Assembly: GCF_006345805.1 (NCBI RefSeq)
Contig: NC_043006.1
Coordinates: 66,154,001-66,218,000, forward strand
Source: Octopus sinensis
Taxonomy: Eukaryota
Reading direction: 5' to 3'
Length of the DNA: 64,000 nucleotides
Made by a program: the position numbers and the translations under genes. This document shows, one piece after another, positions 1-12,025 of the stretch (position 1 is its first letter; every line of letters starts with the position of its first letter). The notes below the pieces were generated by a model. The model searched no databases. It saw only the letters and a list, made by a program, of their open reading frames with translations, and was not told the DNA's origin.

Positions 1-259
1 TCTTCATTTCCAAATTTATTCCTGTCGAATTTTATCCGTTATTTTTGTGGTTTATAGAACCTAGCTGTTCTCTCTAATGTGTTGAATCTCACACTAAATG
101 GATTCCTTATGTGTATAACTATGCACTATATCGTATAACTAATATATAATCTTCTTGACTAATTTTTTTGCACGTTAGACCACTGGAAATGTAAATTTTG
201 ATTGAATATTTTAAATTTAATTAAATTCCATTTCCCTTTGATATGATTAAACATTATAT

Positions 260-291
<32 letters not shown>

Positions 292-563
292 GATATATAT
301 ATATATACAGACACACACACACATACATATGGATATTCTTACGCTTTAAATGGGCATATACACACATGCATACATTTACATACACGTCTGTAAAGATGCA
401 GATGCAAACCTATTATACACCTACAAATGTACTTACTTCCATATGTACGTTTAAAATCTCCCATATACACGTATATACACAATCATAGACATGCATAATA
501 CACACACACAGAGGCATATTTTAGCTGCGCGCGCTCGCACACACACACACACACACAATATAC

Positions 564-606
<43 letters not shown>

Positions 607-608
<2 letters not shown>

Positions 609-1456
609 AGATGTGGCGAACATATTCTCGCCTAAATTACACAAAAATGAAAATAACACTGCTATCTCTTTTTAACAGATATATTTACCAAAATTGCATT
701 AAAATATCTTGAAATACTAAAGACTAAATTTATTCAATAAAATCGCCATTGGCTTCAACCACGGCCTCCAGACGATTTCGGAATCTCCTGCAACTCTTCT
801 AGAAGGGCTCCTTGATTAAGTTGGTGAATGATGTCATAATCCTTACCTTCAGTTCATCTTTGGTGTTACAGGGAGTTTTGTTGGTCTCTCGCTCAACTGC
901 GTCCCACACATAATAAGGGATTGCAGTCTGAGGAGTTAGGTGGCCAGATGCTGGAGGTGATGTGGTCGCAGACATTGTCTGTCAGCCTTAACTGGGTTCA
1001 CTTGCTTGTGTGGCATGGCGCAGAGTCCTGTTGGCAGACATAGGGTCTTCAAGCAGCCACCTTCTTCACCCAAGGCAGCACTACCTCCTCCAGGCACTTG
1101 ATGTAGGTCTCCATGTTGAGTGTGGGGCCGTGTGGGAAAATGGAGGCAAAACGTCGCCATCTCTAGTGTTCACTCCAAACACCATGATGTTGACTGAATG
1201 TTTGATTTTTATCACTTTCGGTACTGTCCCAAACACTCTGAAATGTTTGTATTGGAGCTTCCGGGGCGAATACCAAGCAGTACATCATGTCGTTTCCAAA
1301 TTTCTGGCAGAGTGAATTGCGTCATGGTGCTGCTTTTCTCACAGACGGTGTCTAACTGACCCTACTATACTGTGTAGTTGATAAAATGAAATCCAAACAA
1401 TGCGCATGCATAAAATTAAGAATATAAATTGGCGACAATTTACCCATCGCACCCTT
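607..1456 (-). mobile_element. Internally deleted Tc1/mariner (DD37D/maT-type) DNA transposon
   Basis: Reverse complement aligns by eye with the longer copy at 42118-43416; terminal AAGGGTGCGATGGGTAAATTGTCGCC next to TA at 1457; about 430-450 bp of the middle is missing (junction near 1225). Confidence 0.85.
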
Positions 1457-2406
1457 TATAATATATATATGTACAATTCCATCACTATCGTCATATGGAA
1501 TATAAGCATTATCTTCAACATCTCCCTCCTCCTCCTCCTCAGCCTCCTTTCCTTCCCCTTCTCCTCAACACCGTAGTGTATCTCCGTCATCCTCTTCCTC
1601 ATCAGTATCAACGTAGCCATCATCACTATCAACATTATCATTACCACTACCATCAACGTTACTAGTTATCATCGCCATCACGATCACGATCAACACCGAT
1701 CATCATAATCACTATAATCATCATAGTGAACATCACTATTATCAGTCATCGCCACCATCATCTCCATCATCATCATCATCATCATCACGATATCTATCGT
1801 TACAGTCATTATCATCATCACGAACATTATTATCATCAACCTTCGCCATCAAAATCACTACAATCATCATCATCATCACCATCACTAAGATCAACATCAC
1901 TAGCAACATCCCCCACCCGCCTCCACCACCACTAGACCCGTCGTAAACCATCGTTTAAACAGACAACAGAAGCAAGCACAGGACATGTGCAAATGACGAT
2001 TTCTGTGTATTAATTAGACAAGTTTAATTGGAACAATTAAAGCACAGACGAAAAGTCCTGTTCTGAATTCCACCTTTGTTCAACTCGGGTCAGCCGAGTT
2101 GACGTTATGTGAAAGCAAAGGGTCACATCGGTGCCAACCCTGCTAAAGAAAACTAAACCCCGCAAAGGTCAGCTGATGGTCACGTGAGGAGATTTTTCTT
2201 TCACTTTCTTTCTTTCTGTTTCGCTTTCTCTCCTTCCGCTCCATCTCATTCTCTTTACATTCTCTACTCTCCATTCTCCACCACACTGCCTCCTCCTCCT
2301 CCACCTTCTCCTCCTCCTTCTCCTCCTCCTCCATTAATCTTAATTCCTCCGTGTTCGTAGACTTTTCGTTCTCTATGCTGTTGTCGTTACTCTTTTTGTT
2401 GTTTGA

Positions 2407-2448
<42 letters not shown>

Positions 2449-2451
2449 TAA

Positions 2452-2905
2452 GGCGGCGAAGCTGGTAGAATAATCGTTAGCATACTGGACAAAATGCTGA
2501 GCGGTATTTTGTCCGTCGCTACATTCTGAGTTCAAATTCCGTCGAGTTCGACTTTGCCTTTCATCCTTTCGGGGTCGATAAATTAAGTACCAGTTGCGTA
2601 ATGGGGTCGATGTAATCGACTATCCACCTCCCCCAAATTTAAGGCTTTGTGTCTATAATAAAAATAAAAAAAATAATAATAATTATTATTATTAAGGCGG
2701 CGAGCTGGCAGAAACGTTAGCACGCCGGGCGAAATGCTTAGCGGTATTTCGTCTGCTGTTACGTTCTGAGTTCAAATTCCGCCGAGGTCTACTTTGCCTT
2801 TCCCCCTCTCGTGGTCGATGAAATAAGTACTAGTTATGCACTGGGGTCGATGTAATCAACTAACCCCCACCCCCAATTTGAGGCCTTGTGCTTTAAGTAG
2901 AAAAT
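2452..2905 (+). mobile_element. Two tandem full-length tRNA-derived Nin-domain SINEs (2452-2660, 2696-2905)
   Basis: A-box-like GAGCTGGCAGAA, B-box GAGTTCAAATTCC, Nin-like GCCTTTCATCCTTTCGGGGTCGATAAATTAAGTACCAG; flanked by (TTA)n. Confidence 0.85.
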
Positions 2906-3025
2906 GTTATTATTGCTGTGGTTGTTGTTGTTCAGGCTCTGTGGCAAGCAGCTCAGATCTATGAACAAAGGCGTTACGACCGTGACCGTCTCGTCCTATC
3001 TTTAACTTTTACTTGTATCAGTTAT

Positions 3026-3525
3026 TAGACTGTGGCCATGTTAGGGCACTACTTTACAGTGTTTACTCGGACAAATCGACCACAGCTCTTGCCTTCTTTT
3101 AAAGTTTAGTTCTTATTCTATTTATATCTCTTGTCGAACTGCTAAGTTACGGCGACAAAGACAAACCAACATCGGTTGTCAAGCTGTGGTAGGACAAACT
3201 CACATATAAACAAACACGCATACGTATGTGTACACACGCACGCACACATATACACCCCCACACACATACACTACGGGCTTCCACACAGGCTCCATGTCTC
3301 AAATTCACCCAGCTGCAATAAGTCACTTATCCAAAGTATTCCGCGCAGTGGAACACACACACACACACACACCACACACAAACTCTTACACCACGGGCTT
3401 CCACACAGCCTCCATCTCCCAAATTCACTCAGCTGCAATAAAAGTCGCTTATTCAAAGTTCCGCGCGGTGGGACTGAAACTGAAACCACATGGCTGCAAA
3501 GCTTAACCACACAGCCATGCCTGCA
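3026..3525 (-). mobile_element. CORE-type tRNA-derived SINE (family A), degenerate, with internal duplication
   Basis: Reverse complement has head GCATGGCTGTGTGGTTAAG, GGTTTCAGTCCCAC, internal (CA)n and tail CATGGCCACAGTC. Confidence 0.7.
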
Positions 3526-3974
3526 CTTATTGTTGACCGGATCGATAGAATAAAGGTTATCTCAACGGTAATATTATTGTCAGTTCCTAAAGGTGGCGAG
3601 CTGGCAGAATCGTTAGCACGCCGGTATTTCGTCTGCCGTTACGTTCTGAGTTCAAATTCTAAAGGCACGCAGCAATCCTTAAGTTTGGAGCCAACAAGTC
3701 CATTAGGTCGGCGTTCTTCCTGTTTTTCGGGGGTTATTTAAGCAGCTGAAAACACAAGATTGGTTACCCTGGAAAGGATGCCTGTCCTTTGTAGAGTTAC
3801 CTCTCTAGCTGCCATTGTTATTAATTTTCAGTTGAGATATATGGATCAGCATAAGATGAAGCGTCTTGCTCAAGAACATAATTCATTGCCTAGTCAAGGA
3901 ATCGAACCCAAGACATATCGCTCATGAGCCCCGTTTCCTAACCACTAAGTACACTTTAGATAAGGTTGTTCTAG

Positions 3975-4365
3975 AGGTATGGCTCTGTGGTTAAGGAGCT
4001 CGTTTTGTGATCCCGTACTTTCGGTTTCAGTCCCATTGCGTGGCACTTTGGGCAAGTGTCTTCTAGTGTGGCTTTGGGTCGACCAATGCCTTGTGAGTGA
4101 AGTTGGTTGTCGAAAGCTGTATGGAAACCCATCAAATATATACGTGTGGGCCTATTTTTTTTTGTTCCCCCTTCCACCACTTGACAACCTGTGTTCGTTT
4201 GTTTACTCCTCGTAACTTAGTATTTCTGCGAAAGAGACCCGAAGAATAGGCACCAGACTTTAAAATAGATATAGGGGTCGATTTGTTCGACTAAACCCTT
4301 TACGGCGTTGCCCCAGTATGGCCATAGTCCAACGAGCGAAACAAGTAAAAGATCAAAGATATAAA
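3975..4365 (+). mobile_element. CORE-type SINE family A
   Basis: Head GGTATGGCTCTGTGGTTAAG, CORE-like CTTTGGGCAAGTGTC, tail CCCCAGTATGGCCATAGTC...GAAACAAGTAAAAGA. Confidence 0.8.
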
Positions 4366-5042
4366 GACAGGATGGTCATAACTGGTTTGTCTCTCATCAC
4401 CAGGCTACAGGATTTACACTGATCCGAGTTTAAACAACAATTCCACCATACAAAGCCAACTTCGAACACTAAACGTTTCTATTCATTGTTACAAGTTTAT
4501 CAATCGCTTGTGTTGGCGACCGTGTTATCTCCCCTGTTGTCATAGTAACTAGCGAAGATCGTCCTAGTCGAAAGGAAGACATGCTGTTCCTTATTCATAG
4601 TTATATCACAAGGCAGGCTAATCTATCAGTTATCACACAGCGAATCAATTATCTCAGCATCGTCTATCTGATACGCTCCTATGTAAACGGAGATATTGCT
4701 TTTATCTCGTCTGTCTGTTTGTCGGTCGGTCTGTTTTCTTTATCTTGTTTCCTTTGTCACGATGATGCTATCATCTTCACCACCATACCCGCTTCCATCG
4801 TCATAAAACTGGCGACTTGACGACCTTTTGTCCTGCCTCCTTTCTTTCTTTCTCCTGATTTCTTGTATATTTTGCATTTCTTTTTTCGCAACATCAACCC
4901 GTATTTATCCTTGCCAACTGATCTTGATTTCTATCTTTCTCTCTCTCTTAGAAGCACGCGCACCCGCCCCCCACAATCATGTGATCAACCAGCATATTGC
5001 ATGTTGACACAACGCGCTTTGCATCGTGTGTATATATATATA

Positions 5043-5083
<41 letters not shown>

Positions 5084-5086
<3 letters not shown>

Positions 5087-6950
5087 TCTTTTTTTTCTAT
5101 TGATTCAGCTCAGAGCTGTGGCCATGCTGGGACACCGCCGTTTCGCTACACTGTTATTACTGAGAGCTTCCTCTAATATGTGGCATTTGGTGAAGAATGA
5201 AGTTTGATGTAGCTACCCTCATTTGCACCTCTTGCTGTGAGGTAGGTTCATCTGGGACTCTCGACAGGAAGAGGCCCAGTTTTTATTTGAAAACACTTAC
5301 ATCCACTTTGTGTATGTCCCTCAGGCTCTTTGGGAGAATATTGAAAATCTGTGGACCTCCGAAACCCAGGCCTGTTGCAGTAACTGTTCCTGAAGCGCGA
5401 TGGCAATGCTGGGATCTTTAGCACTGTTCAGTGTCGCCCCGTCCTGGCATTGGTGTAGCTTTCAATGCCGAAATTTGGCAAAACTCCTACCAGATTCTCC
5501 AGATGTATATTACTGCATAACTCTCCCGCCTTCGCTCCAGAGAGTAGAGGCTTAGATGTTTCAACCTTTTCCAGGAGCTGAGCAATGAGACGACATTGTT
5601 GTGAATCTTCGCTGGATTGCTTCAAGTTTCGCTGTTAATTTTACACTGTTGGGTGACCACAGTTAGGAGCAGTAATCCAGGTGGCTGAGGACGAATGTCC
5701 TCAAGAGGACCATCATGATTTCCTTCTCTCTGGTTCTGAAGGCTCTCAGGATCCACCCAGCCAGTTGTCTGCACTTTGTCGCGATCATGGTGAGGTGCAC
5801 TTGGAAAGGGGTATCATCACTCATGTCAATACCCAGGTCCCTCACTGATTTAGGCTCTGGGATTGTAATCCCCTGTGGACCAGTGTATCCTGTAAGTTTT
5901 ATATTCAGTTTTGGATGCTGGTAGCGCAGGGCTTGGAATTTTTCAGCATTAAACTGCATATTATTATCCTCAACCGATCTGTAAATTGAGTCTAACTCCT
6001 GTTGCAGGTGTGCAACATCGCTGGGGTTCTGTATTTTCTGCGAGACTTTCGTTTCGTCTGCGTAGCTTGCAAGGGTGGCTATCTAGGCGGTTGAGGGCAT
6101 ACCTGAGAGGGCTACTATGAAAAGCAGTGGTCCCAAGACAGTGCTCTGTGGAACACCTCTCACTATCTGTGTTTTTATAGAGTTGGCTCCATTAGCCACT
6201 ACTGCCTGACTTCTATCTTTCAGAAAGTCATGTAACCACTCTCCAGTCTTCCAGATATGCCGAGATCACGCAGTTTGTGGCATATCATATCATGATCCAC
6301 TTTATCAAAAGCTTTTGCAAAGTCAAGGTATATTACATCCACATTTGAGTTGTTGAGTAACTGCCTCAACACCCAAGCATAGTGCTGTAAAAGCTGGGAT
6401 AAGCAGCTCCTACCTGGTCGAAAACCATGCTGGATATCACTCAGCAAATTGTTTTCATCAAGGAATGCGATTAGTTTCCCTCTGACTATCCTTTCCACAA
6501 CTTTGCTGATGTGTGAAGTCAGAGAGATAGGCCGATAGTTTTTGGCATCTGCTCTGATTCCCCATTTATGGAATGGTCATGTTATTCCCTCCTTCAGCTT
6601 ACTTGGCAGTCTGCCATTTGCAAGAAAGCTCTGGAAGAGAATCTGTAAAGGTTTCGCCAGGGCATGCTTACACGATTTGAGAAGGATTGCTGGGAAACCA
6701 TCAGGACCAGCAGTTGAGTTTGCGTCCACCTCTTTATGGCTAGTAACATATCTTCGCTAATGTCGATGTATTCCATCGTAACTGCCTTGCTGGTTATAGG
6801 TGAGGCAGCAAAGAAGTCCACTGGTTCGTTCACTCATCTGTGTTCCAACAGGATGGCAAAGACACTTTTAAACTGGTCATTCTGTACTTCCCTGATCCTA
6901 GCTGGACTATCTGTGAGGGAGCCATCCTTTTGGAAGAGGGGTCCTATATT
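5084..6950 (-). mobile_element. 5'-truncated, frameshifted CR1-clade LINE (reverse transcriptase plus 3' tail)
   Basis: Minus-strand pieces NYRPISLTSHISKVVERI, QHGFRPGRSCLSQLL, VDVIYLDFAKAFDKVDH, GVPQSTVLGPLLF, YADETK, MQFNAEKFQAL, LSHLDYCS. Confidence 0.92.
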
Positions 6951-7665
6951 GTAATAACCTGCTCAGGTTGCGGACACAACTATATTGGACAAACGAGTAT
7001 GACCTTGAGAAAGAGAATCACCACTCTACATAAAGAGCAAATCCGTTTCCCGCAATACAGGCAAATTCCTCTCAGTGAACAAATAGAAAAATGTGCAGAT
7101 AACATCAAACCGAATTTCACAGTCTTCCCCTTCTACCAGTGCACAGACACAATCTCCCCACTAGAACGTTTAAATAAAGAAACTTTTTTCATTGAAGAAT
7201 ACAGAACACGTCTTAATATGCACGCATAACCAACTTTTATCTTTTTACATATTTCAATTCATGATTACATCACTGTACATAAATCCCCTCACCAAACAAG
7301 GTTTTCGAAACTTGTCTTTGTACATATATATTCTCCTCCCATTACCGAAAGCTGAACAGTTATCTCCCTTACCTACAACAATAACAATAATAACGATAAC
7401 CAATTCCCTCCCTTTTATTTATCTACTTGTGAAGTCATTCACTCGTGAATTTCATCACACACAACATGGACAAAATTTCTTCTTAAGAAAAAATACTTAT
7501 TCAAATAAGTAAAACATAATATCATGAATAGCGATAGCGAAACCGGTCGATATATTAAAAATTATATTAAAACTATGTAAGTGTGCGTATTTTCCTTTTT
7601 TAATTTTTTATATACATTACAATTCACCACGTGGAGATAATCGAAATTCATCTTTTCTGTTGCTA
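6945..7665 (+). mobile_element. Penelope-like element 3' fragment: GIY-YIG endonuclease C-terminal part and pseudo-LTR
   Basis: YIVITCSGCGHNYIGQTSMTLRKRI...H...ERLNKETFFIEEYRTRLN matches the PLE GIY-YIG pattern (CxxC-YIGQT, conserved R, H, E, LN); followed by an AT-rich UTR with a hammerhead-like motif and ending in (TA)n. Confidence 0.85.
7519..7553 (+). ncRNA. Degenerate minimal hammerhead ribozyme motif in Penelope pLTR
   Basis: ATATC-ATGAATA-GC GATA GC-GAAAC-CG-GTC-GATAT: perfect stem I and palindromic stem III; the core has two mismatches to CUGANGA. Confidence 0.6.
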
Positions 7666-7666
7666 C

Positions 7667-7700
<34 letters not shown>

Positions 7701-7709
7701 ATATATATG

Positions 7710-7928
7710 CGCGTGTGTGTGTATATGTTTGTGTGTCTATGTTTGTCCCCCTAACATCGCTTGACAACTGATGCTGGTGTGTCTACGCCTCCGTAAGTTA
7801 GCGGTTCGGCAAAAGAACCGATAGAACAAGTACTAAGCTTACAAAGAATAAGTCCTGGGGTCGATTTGTTCGACTAAAGGCGGTGCTCCAGCATGGCCGC
7901 AGTCAAATGACTGAAACAAAAGAAAGAA
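7710..7928 (+). mobile_element. 3' half of CORE-type SINE family A
   Basis: GTTTGTCCCC...GGTTCGGCAAAAG...GGCGGTGCTCCAGCATGGCCGCAGTCAAATGACTGAAAC. Confidence 0.85.
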
Positions 7929-7929
7929 T

Positions 7930-7961
<32 letters not shown>

Positions 7962-9153
7962 CCATCTATTTATATATACATATATCCATTTATTTATATG
8001 TATTATATACATATTCTCTCTCTCAGCATCTGGTTCTCTCTAGATATCATCTCTGCCATTCTTTCTATATATTTCGTCCTACAATGTTCCTCTCTATCTT
8101 TGTTCTACACTTTCTATCGTCCTCTTCGTTCCCACACTCCTCTACCCCTCGCCTTTTCCCCCGCCTACCACTACATCTCTCCTCCCACCACTCCTATTAC
8201 CATCCAATTGTTGATCAGCCAATTCCAAGTAATAAACTTTCTTCATATGTTCTACGTAATTGCATGAACTTGGCACCGACTCCTTGGTCTTCTCCGTTCT
8301 GATGATAAGCTAAAAGGTTTCCTGCTGCTGCTTTTGCCGTTGGTTCTGCTGCCATTCCTGCTGCTATTACCTTTACCATTATTCTTGTTGTTCTCGATGA
8401 CGTTCTTATTGCTGTTGTCGCAAGCAATTTGTGGAAAATAGATAAAGAAAAGGTGGTGGTGGTAAGAACATAACGAAGACGTTTTTTTTAAGGAAAGGAG
8501 TGTTAAGAGCATCGATGATGTATTTCCAAACTGACTTTTCTTGTTAATCACATTTCTTAGGACATTGTACGCACGATGTTAGAAAAACACTAAGGTTGAG
8601 AGATATGCGAAGTAGTGGTCTTTATGCTCTTCTCTTATCTGTTAATCGTTTTCGTAATAAGCAAATAGCTATATTCTTCTCCGAGACAGACCCCTTAACA
8701 TCTAACTCACCACGGTTGATCAGTTTATACATCTATCCTCCTTACTCATTCATCGGTTTCTTTCTTCTTCTTTAAATCCAAGGAGTTCTTCAAGTCGATT
8801 ACGCGGTTTCTATGGCGTGTAAGTGAGCAAGACCACGACATCCTCCTCCAATACCTGAACAGAACCTCGGTCCGTTGCAGAATTGAAGGCTAGTAATTTT
8901 GAGGGAGCAGGACAAGTTGATCGTATCACTGCCCCTAGGACTTGACTGGTACTTTATTTTATCGATCTGGAAGAGATGAAAGACAAAGTTGACCTCAGCG
9001 GGATTTGAACTCCGAACGTTTAGAGCCAGCAGAAATGCCGCAAAGCATTTTGTTCGACGCGTTAATAATTCTACCAGCCCGAAGAAAGGTCGAACACAAA
9101 CTGCCAGAGTTCGCCTATTTTGCTTCTCTCAACACTTCGATTCATCTTATAAA

Positions 9154-9475
9154 GGCGCTTAGTTTAGTGGTTCGGGTATTCGGCTCACAGTCATGAGGTT
9201 GCGGGTTCGATTCCCGGCAGCGCATTGTGTCCTTGAGCAAGAAACTTTATTTCACGTTGCACCAGTCCATCCAGCTGACAAAAGTTGAGCAGTAACTATT
9301 TCAAAGGAGCACCCTTGTCACACTCTGTGTCACGCTGAATTACCCCGTGAACTACATTAAGGGTACACATGTCTGTGGAGTACTCAGCCACTCGCACATT
9401 AATTTCACGAGCAGGCTGTTCCGTTGATCGGATCAACTGGAACCCACATCGACGTGACCGATGGAGTGTCAGTTT
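9154..9475 (+). mobile_element. tRNA-derived CORE-type SINE family B
   Basis: tRNA-like head with GGTTCGATTCC, CORE-like GTGTCCTTGAGCAAG, tail CACGAGCAGGCTGTTCCGTTGATCGGATCAACTGGAACCC. Confidence 0.85.
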
Positions 9476-9566
9476 TTTTTCCTAGTCATTCAGCCTCTGA
9501 ACAACTCTGATAGACTGTCTTCAGAGAACATATATATATATTCTCTCCCTGTTTATTTCTGTGTTC

Positions 9567-9602
9567 CTTTCTGTCGAAGAGCGTAGGCTCGAAACGTAAA
9601 AG
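9567..9602 (+). ncRNA. Variant minimal hammerhead-like motif in a short Penelope-like pLTR (about 9541-9690)
   Basis: CTTT-CTGTCGA-A-GAGC GTAG GCTC-GAAAC-GTA-AAAG; stems I and II pair perfectly; the core has an A-to-U change. Confidence 0.55.
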
Positions 9603-9684
9603 ACTTTCTCACTTCTGAGCGTTAAACTAATACATCTGTTTGTTGTTTACACACCCGTCTTTTGTTTTTTTTGTAAATTGTCAC

Positions 9685-9723
<39 letters not shown>

Positions 9724-9784
9724 TAGCTGAAGGGACCCGCTGTACGCGCGGGTAAGAGCGTGGTATATATATATAAATGTATGC

Positions 9785-9848
<64 letters not shown>

Positions 9849-10088
9849 CAGATATATGCACTTTGTATATATAAAAATTATTATATATACATATTTATAT
9901 ATAGCTACACACACACACATATAAATTAACCCAATAAATATCTGATTCATAATATTTGTTGTCATGATTGAGTGGTGGTTGTGGCGATGATAATTCTCTC
10001 TATGAATGCAGACAGATGTAGAGAGTGAGAGTGTGTGAAAGCGCTGTGGAAGGCAGGGAGGAGGGATAACGGACGCTGTGAAACGACG

Positions 10089-12025
10089 TTATAGATAGAA
10101 TGTGAAAGGAAGGGAGAAAAGTGAGTGAGTGATGGAGGAAGACAGATACATAAAAGAGGACATGAAAGAAACTATCTCACCAGGAATGATATCAAGTACT
10201 TGTTTATTTGTAGCATCAGCTGTTGTATTATGAGGCGATAGAATAGCTCTTGCTCTTAGCCAATCGAGATCCTGGAAGTTTGTTTCGACGTCAGGTAAAA
10301 CGGCTCTTATAAGTTCCTCTACATTTGGAACGAAATTCCCAAAAGGCAACCGAATATGCTCATCATCAACGAAAGGCAAAACTCCATCACCAAGATCTAA
10401 TAGGTGTTTTGCGAAAGCCTCAGACTCCACATCACCATGTAGGTGGGCTCTCATGTTTGTTTGAAGATGGCGACTGATAACACTGTGCCACACATAAGAA
10501 TGCTTTATACATGCATTAACCTCATCGGCTCTAGTGCTTGCTCGGGCAACAGGAAGAGTTTGTCGAAAATCTCCTGCCATGAGAAACGTAGCCCCACCCA
10601 TTATTTTTGTATTTTGACGCAAATCTTGGAGAGTTATGTCAAGAGCTTCAAACATGGCCTTATTACTCATTGTAGCCTCATCCCAAATAAAAAGACTGCA
10701 TTCACGAAGAAGTCTTGCTCTTGAGGAACTACGATGTATATTACATATAGGATTATGTTTCTTTCCAATGTCCATGGGCAATTCGAATGCACTATGTGCC
10801 GTACGGCCGCCTTGAAGCAGTGTCGCTGCAATACCACTTGAGGCACATGCAATGGCAAATCGGCGTTCAGCGCGCAGCTTTGCGAGAATCAAATTGATAA
10901 CGAAAGTTTTACCAGTACCACCTGGAGCATTCAAAAAGAAAAGCTTTCCTTGGTTCAATGTAACGCTGTCAATAATTTCATTATAAATCTCTCTTTGTTC
11001 AGGCAAAAGTCTTGGTTCATCTCGCGTAATTGTTTCCGTTAATTCGGCAATGTTGTAGTTTTTTTCTGACATGTATTCAACATCCAAAGGCGCTTCATGA
11101 TGGACAGGTGTTGGCAGATGGAATTCACTTAAACCGCGTATAACATAGCGTCTGATGTGTCTGTCCATGTCGATTAATGCATCATTATAAACATCGTCGT
11201 TGCCATCAGGTAGCGCTAAATTAGCCTGTATGTCCTTTGATAGGCTCTGTCTGAACGATTCCCAAAGGTTAAGAGGGTTGCTGGGATTACAGTGGATTAA
11301 TATGCTACAAAACAATCGACGCATTTGCCATGGCAGTTTACAATTTGAGGCCTCTGCTAATGTCCTGTGTAAGTGGTCGTCATTGAGAAGAATTCCGCGC
11401 CTCAAACATGCTTCCCTGTAAGTGGCGCAGATGATACCATCAACCGTGCGAAGATCAGCAAAAGACTTCGGTCCAGTAACTACATGAAGTAGCATTCTCA
11501 AAAAGAAGATTTCCTGTTTGGTAGGATGAATATTATACACACGTCCAATGACGTTCTTCCTAGAAACACCAGGCCAATTGTCAAGTTCTGTTCCATGTGA
11601 CCTGCGCTTCCAATTATTGTTGTTGTATGTGTAATATTCCGGTACTTCAGGGTAAATGAGAGTAGCAGCAAACTCATCAACTGAACACAATTTAAAAAAT
11701 GCTGTAAGCGTAGTCCCTTTTGGATTTTCAATGACTTGACGTGCATTTTTCTCTGTGAAGTAAACCAGCTGTCTCTTCTGTAAATGAACATTCAGGTGGA
11801 AAACTGTTGGTGAGCTTAGATGAATCTCGTATCCAAAAATGCGCCACGCTGCATAATTGGAGGATACATACCTACCCAAAACGAATTGTTTAATTTCGTC
11901 ATGTCTAAGGTCTTCATCACTGAACACAAACACGGCCATATCATCGCCCTTATTAATGTACTTGCAGAGGTATTGTATGCATCTCACCGAACTGCAGTAC
12001 TCAACATTAATGTGTGCATTAAATG
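10089..12025 (-). pseudogene. Helitron Rep motif 3 plus Pif1-family SF1 helicase, C-terminally truncated
   Basis: HINVEYC..YLCKYINKG (YxxKY), Walker A APGGTGKT, ASSGIAATLL.GGRTAHS, IWDEATM, GDFRQTLPV, LQTNMR, RAILSPHN; homology stops near 10170, before the last helicase motifs. Confidence 0.93.

Noticed and set aside
6840-7229. 129-aa ORF as a standalone nuclease gene
   Set aside because: Chimeric: the first ~35 aa are antisense CR1 and the rest is a truncated Penelope GIY-YIG.
10089-11987. Host PIF1 helicase gene
   Set aside because: In frame with Helitron Rep motif 3 and enclosed by Helitron termini.
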